From an uncultured virus (IMG/VR IMGVR_UViG_3300046167_000780) (Duplodnaviria > Heunggongvirae > Uroviricota > Caudoviricetes > Demerecviridae), in the IMG/VR virus record IMGVR_UViG_3300046167_000780: a stretch of DNA of 64,000 nt; one strand, 5' to 3'. The notes below the pieces were generated by a model that had not been told where the DNA came from, searched no databases, and saw only the letters and a list, made by a program, of their open reading frames with translations. The translations under genes were made by a program, and so were the position numbers. Shown here piece after piece: positions 1 through 7,872 of this stretch (positions are counted from its first letter, which is position 1; each line of letters opens with the position of its first letter).

Positions 1-161
1 GGGTCGCGAATTTTTGCTGTCAAGAAATATTTGCCCAAATTTTCCAAAAATATTTACAATCGTCGCGGGGTAGCCTCGGTTTGCCACAATTAGCCATAAT
101 TATACTCGACCCCGCAAAGACTCACAAGTTGACTTTCTGGTACAATTGCCCCAAATTGTAC

Positions 162-190
162 TTGACATCGTCGGCCTACTACTGTATAAT
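162..190 (+). promoter_or_regulatory. Perfect sigma70 promoter TTGACA-N17-TATAAT
   Basis: TTGACA 162-167, 17-bp spacer, TATAAT 185-190; no credible ORF downstream. Confidence 0.75.
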
Positions 191-235
191 TGGCGCCGCC
201 AAAGACTCGGCGGTTGCAAACAATTTGCCCCTTAC

Positions 236-439
236 CTGCAAAAAAGACTTGACATCGTTTTCGCACTCGGGTAAAATGGCGCGGGCAACCCCAACGAAAA
301 TCGTCGTCGTACTACTACTGGCGCCCCCGCGCCAAATCTGTAAAAAAGACTAACCCTTTGGGGGTATGCCGCGGTTTAGGAAATTTGCACTATTGCCGAA
401 AATAGTCGTTGACTTACTACTGGCGCGCTGGCGCCAAAA
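236..439. repeat. Degenerate ~102-bp tandem duplication in non-coding tract
   Basis: CTGnAAAAAAGACT at 236 and 338; CGAAAATnGTCGTnGnnnTACTACTGGCGC at 295-324 and 397-426 (25/30 identical); both pairs offset by 102 bp. Confidence 0.75.
249..277 (+). promoter_or_regulatory. sigma70 promoter TTGACA-N17-TAAAAT
   Basis: TTGACA 249-254, 17-bp spacer, TAAAAT 272-277, A-tract upstream. Confidence 0.65.
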
Positions 440-473
440 TCCCTGAAGGATCAAGGCGCCGATTTGCAAACCC

Positions 474-641
474 TTAGTAGGGCCCATCGGGAAGCTCGGA
501 ATAGAGCTGGTCCGACTTCCAGTCGATCCAGCGGCAAAAGGCTTCGCCTTCCCAATCCGCTTCAGGAAAAAATTCATAAGCGAGATCACACGCGGTCTCA
601 TAGCAAGATTCCATGGCTGATTCGTTAGAGTGGCATGACAT
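474..641 (-). CDS. Small acidic hypothetical pre-early protein (55 aa)
   Basis: ATG at 641 preceded by AAGGATAAGGA RBS and its own promoter. Confidence 0.65.
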   Translation of the reverse strand: MSCHSNESAMESCYETACDLAYEFFPEADWEGEAFCRWIDWKSDQLYSELPDGPY

Positions 642-673
642 AATTAAAATCCTTATCCTTAGTTGATTAATCA

Positions 674-703
674 ATTATGGGGGCAAAGCGCCCCCCATGT
701 CAA
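674..703 (-). promoter_or_regulatory. Promoter TTGACA-N18-CATAAT whose spacer forms a GC hairpin
   Basis: TGTCAA 698-703 and ATTATG 674-679 on + strand; GGGGGC-AAAGC-GCCCCC inverted repeat between them. Confidence 0.6.
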
Positions 704-714
704 GCGGTAATTTT

Positions 715-1386
715 TCACAATCCCAGCATCCATTTGCACCCTCGAGATTTACCCGCGCCAGCGGCGAGAATCTGATCCATAGATTGCGGCGTGTGAATAA
801 TGCGGTAGAGAATTGGGGCTTCATAGTCCCGCGCATCCTCAAGCGCCGTGTGTGGCTCCGGTGGCAATGTCGGATCAACAAACTGCGCGACATGATCCGC
901 TTTTTCTGAGAGGCGACCGGCGGGGGTAAACCATCCATTTTCCTCGCAAGCGTCCGCATATTCTGGAGTATTGCAAATCACAGTCTTGGCCGCGCCGCGA
1001 AGGTCAAAACGCTTTTCGAAAATATCGAGAGCGATTCCAGTATTGCGACATTTGCCCCAATCAAACCCGATGCAATAGGCGGTCAAAACGGGGTCATAGG
1101 TGCGCCGCACCTCGTGAAGCCAGTTATTAATATAAGGAACCGAAGCAAAAGCGCGAGAGCCATTTTGTGCCATACCGCGGTATTTTTTCTTAGTGGCTTT
1201 TGGATTTCCTAGGGACCAGTGCATTTTCTCGCTTTCGAAAATGTCAGAGATAAGGACACCAATTGACGCGACAACGTCACCTTTGCGATTCACGACGACC
1301 GCACCGAAGTCCGCGACGTTACCCGCACCAGTGGTCTCAGTGTCCACGATCAAGTAATAATGCTTTGAGAAAGTTTTGTTTGACAT
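715..1386 (-). CDS. DEDDh/DnaQ-like 3'-5' exonuclease
   Basis: ExoI IVDTETTG, ExoII-like AYCIGFD, ExoIII HTALEDA motifs. Confidence 0.85.
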   Translation of the reverse strand: MSNKTFSKHYYLIVDTETTGAGNVADFGAVVVNRKGDVVASIGVLISDIFESEKMHWSLGNPKATKKKYRGMAQNGSRAFASVPYINNWLHEVRRTYDPVLTAYCIGFDWGKCRNTGIALDIFEKRFDLRGAAKTVICNTPEYADACEENGWFTPAGRLSEKADHVAQFVDPTLPPEPHTALEDARDYEAPILYRIIHTPQSMDQILAAGAGKSRGCKWMLGL

Positions 1387-1390
1387 AGTT

Positions 1391-1867
1391 TTACGCTCCT
1401 AGCGCTTCATTGATTGAGATTGCATTATGAACCGTTAGGCCATGATTTGCAAGGGTATTAATCACATTTTTGTTGTCGTCGAACATCATGGCTTGAGCGC
1501 AGAAACGCTTCCAGCTCATGCCGTTCTCGGTGGCGTATCGCTTGAGACCGCGAAGCTTGAGAAGGTCGTCAGCCGTTCGATCGCCTTCACGTCGCGAGAT
1601 AATTGTCTCAGCGAGAAGTCCCCGCGAACCAAAATAAAAGTAATCAGAAGGGCCCATAACACGAGCAGTGCAGACGATGATTTTGGCATCTTTTTTCCTT
1701 AGTAGCTTGCGCCATTCGTTAGCGAGCGGGAGCAGAGTGTCGCGCTCAATCATGGCGGGCGTTGATTGCTCGCGCCAGTGGTCAAGGTCGAGTGACCCGT
1801 CAGGCCGAGTCGCTTGGCGATGGCTAGAGTCTACGATTGTGTGGTCAAGGTCAAAAATATAAATCAT
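1391..1867 (-). CDS. HAD-superfamily phosphatase (Dmp/PNK-phosphatase-like)
   Basis: Motif I IFDLDHT, motif II CTAR, Lys in LLK, motif IV FDD. Confidence 0.85.
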   Translation of the reverse strand: MIYIFDLDHTIVDSSHRQATRPDGSLDLDHWREQSTPAMIERDTLLPLANEWRKLLRKKDAKIIVCTARVMGPSDYFYFGSRGLLAETIISRREGDRTADDLLKLRGLKRYATENGMSWKRFCAQAMMFDDNKNVINTLANHGLTVHNAISINEALGA

Positions 1868-1870
1868 GGT

Positions 1871-2071
1871 TTAAGCTCCAAAGATCGAAAAGAGAAAGCC
1901 AAGTATAGAGGCAATGTTCAGCGCTGTCAAGTTATGAGTGCGATTATTTGCGCTCTGGATGGTCAGGAGTCCGAGACCGGCGACGGCTATCATTGGCCCG
2001 TATTGGTTGGCCATGTTGAAGGATGCCGCGACCATGAAGGCCGCGCCAGTCCAAGAAATGAAGCCCATCAT
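1871..2071 (-). CDS. Small membrane protein (about 3 hydrophobic segments)
   Basis: 66 aa, mostly hydrophobic, ATGA-coupled to the A2-like gene. Confidence 0.7.
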   Translation of the reverse strand: MMGFISWTGAAFMVAASFNMANQYGPMIAVAGLGLLTIQSANNRTHNLTALNIASILGFLFSIFGA

Positions 2072-2367
2072 GCGATGGACTCCAGCACAGCTTCAAGCTC
2101 TGCTTTGGTGAGGTCGCCCTCACGTTCGGGAAGGGCGAGGCCCTTGCGAATAGCGGCGAGGTAAGCCGCCTTTGTGGGCGTGTCAGCCTTAGCCGCACGC
2201 TTGACAGGCGACAGCTTGACGTATTCGACGCCAATGCTTTGAGCCTTAGAGATCACCGAGCGATAAGTGACGTTGCCGAATTCTTCGGCAAGCGCCTTCG
2301 CTTTGGTGAGGTTGAGAGGTGCTTCCGCAGTGATGCGAGCGACCATTTGAGAAGTGTAGTTAGACAT
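2068..2367 (-). CDS. A2: T5 A2-like pre-early DNA-binding protein
   Basis: LAEEFG..YRSVISK...EY and PTKAAYLAAI...LTKAEL resemble the T5 A2 family from memory; strong promoter and RBS; pre-early position. Confidence 0.65.
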   Translation of the reverse strand: MSNYTSQMVARITAEAPLNLTKAKALAEEFGNVTYRSVISKAQSIGVEYVKLSPVKRAAKADTPTKAAYLAAIRKGLALPEREGDLTKAELEAVLESIA

Positions 2368-2402
2368 AGCAAGTTTCCTTTAATAGTTGATTTGATAGGG
2401 TA

Positions 2403-2431
2403 AGTATAGTTGATTAATTAGAATTTGTCAA
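2403..2431 (-). promoter_or_regulatory. sigma70 promoter TTGACA-N17-TATACT for the A2 operon
   Basis: TGTCAA 2426-2431 and AGTATA 2403-2408 on + strand, 17-bp spacer. Confidence 0.85.
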
Positions 2432-2630
2432 TGGTAAAAGTTGGCATTTTGCGCATTTTATCCATGCGACGGTTAGCCGCGCGTCGGCGTTCCTCACGCT
2501 TTTTCGAGCGCGCTTCGCGACGTTGACGACGACGATTTTCGTGCGTATCCATTTCATCCGCGACGATGATGCCGCCCACGACGCCCGCGATAAAAGCAAT
2601 TGCAACAAGCATTAAAATAGTAAGTTCCAT
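2418..2630 (-). CDS. Small protein, N-terminal TM helix plus Arg-rich tail (70 aa)
   Basis: ATG 2630 with GGGAG RBS; upstream TTGCGG-N17-GACAAT candidate promoter. Confidence 0.7.
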   Translation of the reverse strand: MELTILMLVAIAFIAGVVGGIIVADEMDTHENRRRQRREARSKKREERRRAANRRMDKMRKMPTFTIDKF

Positions 2631-2805
2631 ATCAATCTCCCTAGTTGATGCAAGCATTGTCTCACGTCTCGCCGCGCACCGCAACATTTATTTGTGGTAT
2701 TATTTCACAGCATAGGGGGGTTAAAAGACTTGACAAGCGCGAGCCCGCGCGGGCACCCCCGCACGTACAACTTTAGGTATTTTCAATACCTTCAAAAAAG
2801 AGCAC

Positions 2806-2834
2806 TTGACAAAGTAGCTCAAGTGAAATATACT
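2806..2834 (+). promoter_or_regulatory. Late-type promoter TTGACA-N17-TATACT
   Basis: Consensus boxes, upstream ATACCTTCAAAAAAG, GGAGA RBS downstream. Confidence 0.85.
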
Positions 2835-2856
2835 TCAAACAATTGGAGAAAATTTT

Positions 2857-3168
2857 ATGGCAACATACGAAGTTACAGTGTCTAGGTCTGGTAGTACAGT
2901 TATTACTAGCTGGAGCCCTTCACCTACAGGAAATGGAACATTATCTAGTAGGTATCAGTTTGCCGCTAATGATATTATTAAGTTCAAAAAGAACAGTAGT
3001 AGTGATGGTAGCGTAAGTGTTAGTCCTAGTAGTGGCTTTTTTACTACTGATGGAGCAATTAGCTGTAGCACTGTATTTACTTCAAGAACAGTTAATAGTA
3101 CTTCAGCAACAGATACTTTAAGCTACTCCATATTTTACGACGATGGGGGAGGCTTCGGAGGACCCTAA
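2857..3168 (+). CDS. Ser/Thr-rich beta-structured virion protein, hypothetical
   Basis: GGAGA RBS, TAATG coupling to next gene. Confidence 0.65.
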   Translation: MATYEVTVSRSGSTVITSWSPSPTGNGTLSSRYQFAANDIIKFKKNSSSDGSVSVSPSSGFFTTDGAISCSTVFTSRTVNSTSATDTLSYSIFYDDGGGFGGP

Positions 3169-3884
3169 TGCCTATTATTACTAAAACAGAATATGTCGAA
3201 ATTGTAGCGGCACAAGACACTACTCCAGAAAGTTTTGTAGACTTCACTACTAATGTAGACCAAGCCGTAAGTGTTGTATCTACCTCGAATGCTCAAACTA
3301 TTACTACAATTACAGGAAGTGTTACAGTGACCGTGACAGGAAACGGCTCTCCTGAAGTTTCTGTAAATGGAGGAGCATATACCTCCTCAAGTACAACTAT
3401 ACAAAACAATCAAACAATACGAGTAAGACTCACAACTTCTTCTAGCACTTCCGCCACCCACACAGCTACTGTTACAATTGGAACAGTATCAAAAACTTTT
3501 AGTGCAACAACTTCAGCTTCGGGACAGGGAGGCAGTGGAGCAAGTGGAGGTTCTTCAGATTACGGCGTAGAAATATATGACACAGATGGAACAACTACAG
3601 TTTTAAGCCCTGCTACTCGTTATGTGAATTTTATGAATGACCCTTCTCCTGTAACTGTTCCTGCAAAATCTGGAGGAGTTGATGGAAGCGTTTTTGTTCA
3701 GCAAGATATGACAGGGCTTACAACTTCAAATAGTGAGATACTTTTTGCTGATTTTTTTGGTACTTTCGGCTCTTTAACTACAGAACGAAATACTACAGGA
3801 GCTGTAAGTTCTCAAGGAATAACTATAAAAAATAGCAATACTGGAGGATCAATTACTTGTACGCCTATAATTATAAGGTTTTAA
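3168..3884 (+). CDS. Putative tail-tip protein (Ig-like N-domain plus YGVEIY domain)
   Basis: Thr-rich beta domain, Gly linker, DYGVEIYDTDG motif typical of genes beside siphophage central fibres. Confidence 0.6.
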   Translation: MPIITKTEYVEIVAAQDTTPESFVDFTTNVDQAVSVVSTSNAQTITTITGSVTVTVTGNGSPEVSVNGGAYTSSSTTIQNNQTIRVRLTTSSSTSATHTATVTIGTVSKTFSATTSASGQGGSGASGGSSDYGVEIYDTDGTTTVLSPATRYVNFMNDPSPVTVPAKSGGVDGSVFVQQDMTGLTTSNSEILFADFFGTFGSLTTERNTTGAVSSQGITIKNSNTGGSITCTPIIIRF

Positions 3885-3885
3885 T

Positions 3886-4557
3886 ATGACATATGGTATC
3901 CAGATAGACACAGGAAATGGCAATGTTCAGATTGACTCCAATACAAACGGAAAAGGGTTAATTGTAGTAGATAGCGGCACAGCCTCTGCTCTACCAAGCG
4001 CAGTAAACTTAGATGATGTATTTGTTTTTGCAAGGCCAACTGCGACTGTAGGTCAAAACTACTTAGCAGTAGAGAGAGGTACTCCAGATTCAAATGGAGA
4101 ACAAACTATAAGCTTTAAAAGATCAGACGGTACAGCTTTAAATGTAGACTACATAATTGCAAAAGTTTCAACTGCACAAACTGCAGTAACTACAGGGTAT
4201 GGTGTGCAAATTTTTAACAGTGATGGAGACTTAGCTTTTGATAGTGGGCTATACACTGGAGATGGAGGATTTGGAGTAACTGATTTTTTAGGGTCAAGAC
4301 AAGGCAGCGGTCAGTATGATTTAATTTCTACTGCTGATAGAAACTATGCTTTAATAAATAGTACAAATCACGAGCTTGAAACAGAAGTAGGCCTACATTT
4401 ATTTTTTGTTTTTGTAAGTACAACAAATGCTTCTTATAGCCAAAAAGGAATTTACTTTGCAGGGCGCTTTCAATTTCAACCATTAGGAAGCCCCATACAA
4501 TATCAAGCAATACCTAATTTAGGAGCAATACTTATAGCGGAGGCAGGATCAGTATGA
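3886..4557 (+). CDS. Putative tail-tip/receptor-binding accessory protein
   Basis: MTYGIQI...IDS and GYGVQIFNSDGDLAFDS duplicated motifs. Confidence 0.6.
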   Translation: MTYGIQIDTGNGNVQIDSNTNGKGLIVVDSGTASALPSAVNLDDVFVFARPTATVGQNYLAVERGTPDSNGEQTISFKRSDGTALNVDYIIAKVSTAQTAVTTGYGVQIFNSDGDLAFDSGLYTGDGGFGVTDFLGSRQGSGQYDLISTADRNYALINSTNHELETEVGLHLFFVFVSTTNASYSQKGIYFAGRFQFQPLGSPIQYQAIPNLGAILIAEAGSV

Positions 4558-5021
4558 GTACAATAACATATTTAATTTATCACGATAATGAAGGCGATGT
4601 AAAACTTATTCGCCCAGCAAAAGGAACAAACCCTGCCGAAGGCAGCACGGATCTTAATGAATGGACTATTCGTTACTATTACTATGAAATAGCTAATAGA
4701 GGCGAGTGGATGGATACTCATTGGTGGAACGGGAGTACTTGGGTCTCTCGTACCTCTCGTCCAAATAGAGGTGCAACCTGGGCGAGCGGCGCTTGGACAT
4801 GGGACGAAGAAAGTTTCAAAGACTTAGTACGAGAAGAAAGAAACCGCAGACTTGCTGCCTCAGATTGGGCTGTAATGTCGGACTCTCCAATTACAGGAAG
4901 TAACTTAACCCACGTACAGGAATATAGAACTCTTCTTAGAAACTTCCCTAGTACTACTATGCCCACAAGCGGTAGGTTGGATGATTTAATATGGCCAGCA
5001 GCTCCAGACTTTATAGCTTAG
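4554..5021 (+). CDS. Tail fibre assembly chaperone-like protein
   Basis: C-terminal VREERNRRLAASDW..SDSP...YRTLLRNFP...WP..P signature. Confidence 0.8.
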   Translation: MSTITYLIYHDNEGDVKLIRPAKGTNPAEGSTDLNEWTIRYYYYEIANRGEWMDTHWWNGSTWVSRTSRPNRGATWASGAWTWDEESFKDLVREERNRRLAASDWAVMSDSPITGSNLTHVQEYRTLLRNFPSTTMPTSGRLDDLIWPAAPDFIA

Positions 5022-5032
5022 AAAAATATACC

Positions 5033-5061
5033 TTGACATCCAACCTCCTATAACATATAAT
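5033..5061 (+). promoter_or_regulatory. Perfect sigma70 promoter for the exported-protein operon
   Basis: TTGACA 5033-5038, N17, TATAAT 5056-5061. Confidence 0.9.
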
Positions 5062-5088
5062 TAGAGAATCAAAGGTAAGGAAGCCCGG

Positions 5089-5268
5089 ATGTTAAAAGTA
5101 ACTTATAAACATTGGAAAAGTGGAGTCAGACTGGAAGCAATCGGTACTATGCCCAAAGGAGTTAATAATGGGATGAGTGATCGCATTGTTGTTCTACAAC
5201 CTGATGGCACTTATAAAGACATTATTAAAACAACCATAGTAAGGGTAGAGGAATGCGACCCAGAATAA
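5089..5268 (+). CDS. Hypothetical protein (59 aa, not in ORF track)
   Basis: Hand-translated MLKVTYKHWKSG...VEECDPE*, AAGGA RBS, first ORF after promoter. Confidence 0.7.
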   Translation: MLKVTYKHWKSGVRLEAIGTMPKGVNNGMSDRIVVLQPDGTYKDIIKTTIVRVEECDPE

Positions 5269-5801
5269 AATATGCAATTGCCGCATTGCTGGTATCAGTT
5301 CCAGTATTTGCGCAGGAAACAGAAGCACCAGAGCCGATCATTACAGAGTCGACGGTAACAACGAAGCAGGAAACGGATTTGAAGTCACCTCCTGCATCGG
5401 CAATAAGTCCTACAATCAACACAAGTAATAGCGACTTATGTACTTTCGGCGTAGCGGGTGCGGTGCAAACTCAGATACTCGGTGTATCAACCGGCACGCA
5501 GATTACGGACGATAACTGCGAAATGCTGAAAAACGCGAAAACTTTGTACGATATGGGAATGAAAGTTGCAGCGGTATCAGTAATGTGTCAGGATCAACGA
5601 GTATTCGATGCAATGATGAATGCTGGAACACCTTGCCCCAAAGATGGATTAATTGGAGCGGATGCAAAAGCGGCTTGGGAAGTAGCGGAAAATCCTGAGC
5701 CAAGGGCGGAAGATGCCGAAGAGAAGGAATTTACGAGTGACGAAAAGACACTTATGGGCGCTGGCGGCGTTCTTCTGCTACTCGCAGCCCTCCTACTCTG
5801 A
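5253..5801 (+). CDS. Exported Cys-containing protein with signal peptide and C-terminal TM anchor
   Basis: Signal peptide ending VFA|Q, four Cys, C-terminal GVLLLLAALLL. Confidence 0.8.
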   Translation: MRPRIKYAIAALLVSVPVFAQETEAPEPIITESTVTTKQETDLKSPPASAISPTINTSNSDLCTFGVAGAVQTQILGVSTGTQITDDNCEMLKNAKTLYDMGMKVAAVSVMCQDQRVFDAMMNAGTPCPKDGLIGADAKAAWEVAENPEPRAEDAEEKEFTSDEKTLMGAGGVLLLLAALLL

Positions 5802-6609
5802 GGAAGTTTACGGCACCACAAATAACGCCGCTGCTTTTGGTTTAAATTGGGTAATGACCAATATACTTCCGTCACAAGCTGGACTGGAAATAAACGGATT
5901 AGTGTACCAGTACACGGCGGTAAAAGACCCCGAAACTGGAATGATTGTCTACGTACAGAATGAGTACGCAGATGGTTCAGGATATATTTTTCGAAATGCC
6001 GACGATTGGACAGGGCTTCCAGGAAACACACTACGTAGAAAGTTTGCGGTGCCAAACTTAAACGCAGAACTGTGGGGTCCGGGATCAATCGAGGTAGTAG
6101 GCGAAGGAAGTGTAGAAGATGCAAGTGTGGTCTATTCGTATAGGTACGATACATGTTTCGATCCTCAATCAGACCCTAATTGTCCCGGATACGAAGAGAA
6201 AGTTGAAGTACCCGACATTCCGATTTACGACCCGCTCCAAGACGAACTCGTTCAAGCGGAGATGGAGCGTAAAGCTCGAATACAGGAGCAGGAAGAAGAG
6301 GAAGAAAGGCAGAGGCGACGAGAGCAATGGGCAGTCAGTAATGCTCTGGAAGACTTACTGGGAGATGGAAGTAACCCATCTCTCGTAGATCCCGTTGCAG
6401 AAGCAATGGCTCTTGCACTCACAGCTCGCACACTTCCTACAGATTATTACTATGGTTTAGAAGGACGAGAGTACTTCGACACTGTAGTTTTAGACGGCGG
6501 CGATATTGCCGACAATGCAAAGGCGCGAAGAAGTAATCTCGCACAACAGTTACTTCATCAGCAAATGGTAGACTCACAATACGAGTCAGGTCAACAGGAG
6601 ACTAAGTAA
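5737..6609 (+). CDS. Exported protein, beta domain plus CxDPQSDPxCPG plus acidic coiled coil
   Basis: Probable GTG start 5737 after AAGGA; signal-peptide-like N-terminus. Confidence 0.75.
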   Translation: MTKRHLWALAAFFCYSQPSYSEEVYGTTNNAAAFGLNWVMTNILPSQAGLEINGLVYQYTAVKDPETGMIVYVQNEYADGSGYIFRNADDWTGLPGNTLRRKFAVPNLNAELWGPGSIEVVGEGSVEDASVVYSYRYDTCFDPQSDPNCPGYEEKVEVPDIPIYDPLQDELVQAEMERKARIQEQEEEEERQRRREQWAVSNALEDLLGDGSNPSLVDPVAEAMALALTARTLPTDYYYGLEGREYFDTVVLDGGDIADNAKARRSNLAQQLLHQQMVDSQYESGQQETK

Positions 6610-7106
6610 TGTTGAAAGTAGTAATACCGATGGCAACAGCCATTTTGGCAACAGAGTTTGTACAAGCTCAAACCGAAATCGTGGGTAACGTTGATTCTAA
6701 GTGTATCATCATTAGTGAAACCCCAGGCGTCTATGGTAACCCGAATCCTTATCAACTTACTACCGCAGCGACAAATGGTGGTGTACAGCCAATTATTCGT
6801 TACGATGTACTTGCCGCAGACTATTACAAAGCTGTGATTGAGCATCCAATCTCATTCTCTTCAGCACCTACACTCGATGATGTAGTAAACTGGACTGGAG
6901 ACGTTGAGGTATCAGAGATGTCAGACACAAACATGGCAGACTATGATACAAACAAAGTAGAGTATGATAATGCGCACGAATATGAAATGACCGTTGCAGG
7001 AAGCACATGGTTTAAGATTTCATCAATTGCGGATTATGGTTATACTAAATCATTCCCTGCAGGAACTTACACCGCCGTTGTGGAGGCAGAGTGTATTCCA
7101 CTATAA
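6609..7106 (+). CDS. Exported fimbrial/pilin-subunit-like protein
   Basis: Signal peptide VQA|Q, N-terminal IVGNVDSKCII, C-terminal AGTYTAVVEAEC strand, 165 aa. Confidence 0.55.
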   Translation: MLKVVIPMATAILATEFVQAQTEIVGNVDSKCIIISETPGVYGNPNPYQLTTAATNGGVQPIIRYDVLAADYYKAVIEHPISFSSAPTLDDVVNWTGDVEVSEMSDTNMADYDTNKVEYDNAHEYEMTVAGSTWFKISSIADYGYTKSFPAGTYTAVVEAECIPL

Positions 7107-7465
7107 TTCGTTTTCTACTCCTGTTGTTTGTAAGTGGGTCAGCAATGGCCCACGAGCTTACACCGACATACCCGGAGTTACGTTCTTCATACATGAATGA
7201 TGTATATGAAGTGAAATTGAAAATGTGGAATGCTCGCGGCGATGTAGAATATTATAAGATCGAAGTTACGGACGAAGACTGGAATGATGTCCCTTTCATA
7301 ACTAACGAGAAAGTATTTAGATTAAAGCACTTCGGCAGGCGTGATATTAATATATTTCTTCCGAGTGACACAACTGCCACCTACATATGTACCAGGTCGA
7401 TGTTAGAAAAAGGAAATGCATCAAAAAGCATTATATCATCAAAGGTTTGTTCAAAGATTAAGTGA
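7091..7465 (+). CDS. Exported protein resembling a PapD-like chaperone N-terminal Ig domain
   Basis: Signal peptide AMA|HELTPTY, KLKMWN..YKIEV and RRDINIFL strand pattern, Cys pair. Confidence 0.5.
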   Translation: MYSTIIRFLLLLFVSGSAMAHELTPTYPELRSSYMNDVYEVKLKMWNARGDVEYYKIEVTDEDWNDVPFITNEKVFRLKHFGRRDINIFLPSDTTATYICTRSMLEKGNASKSIISSKVCSKIK

Positions 7466-7473
7466 GGCCTCGT

Positions 7474-7872
7474 ATGAGACTCTTTTACATTTTATTACTG
7501 ATACCCTCAGTTGCATTTGGTCAGTCTGTAAATTTACAGATGCCCGGATCGCCACAAAGTTATCAGTCGGATCGATTTCGCCACGGAGACATGGATTGCT
7601 CCAACGCGATTGGATCGTCTACGAACCTAGAGTTTGGAGTTCTTGGATTACTTGATGATCCCGACCCAACGATGCTACAACAGAATTACAACACGGGTGG
7701 CACATCTACTGGAGTGTACGCTCGTATAATTATACCACTTGATAAACCAAAAGAGAGAATAAATTGTAACACATTATATCAACTTGCACTCGAAAGAGAA
7801 AGACTTGAAGTGCAACGGCTCAAACAGGAGGTAGCGAACTTACGTGCGCTGCAGTTTGAAAATGATAAATAA
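7474..7872 (+). CDS. Exported protein with beta-hairpin and C-terminal coiled coil
   Basis: Signal peptide AFG|Q, two Cys, NLEFGV and GVYARIIIPL strands, RERLEVQRLKQEV helix. Confidence 0.75.
   Translation: MRLFYILLLIPSVAFGQSVNLQMPGSPQSYQSDRFRHGDMDCSNAIGSSTNLEFGVLGLLDDPDPTMLQQNYNTGGTSTGVYARIIIPLDKPKERINCNTLYQLALERERLEVQRLKQEVANLRALQFENDK

Noticed and set aside
81..353. 90-aa + strand ORF
   Set aside because: TTG start without RBS, runs across promoters and repeats, no protein-like features.
2730..2760. Promoter at TTGACA 2730
   Set aside because: No -10 box at 16-18 bp; treated instead as part of the possible terminus.
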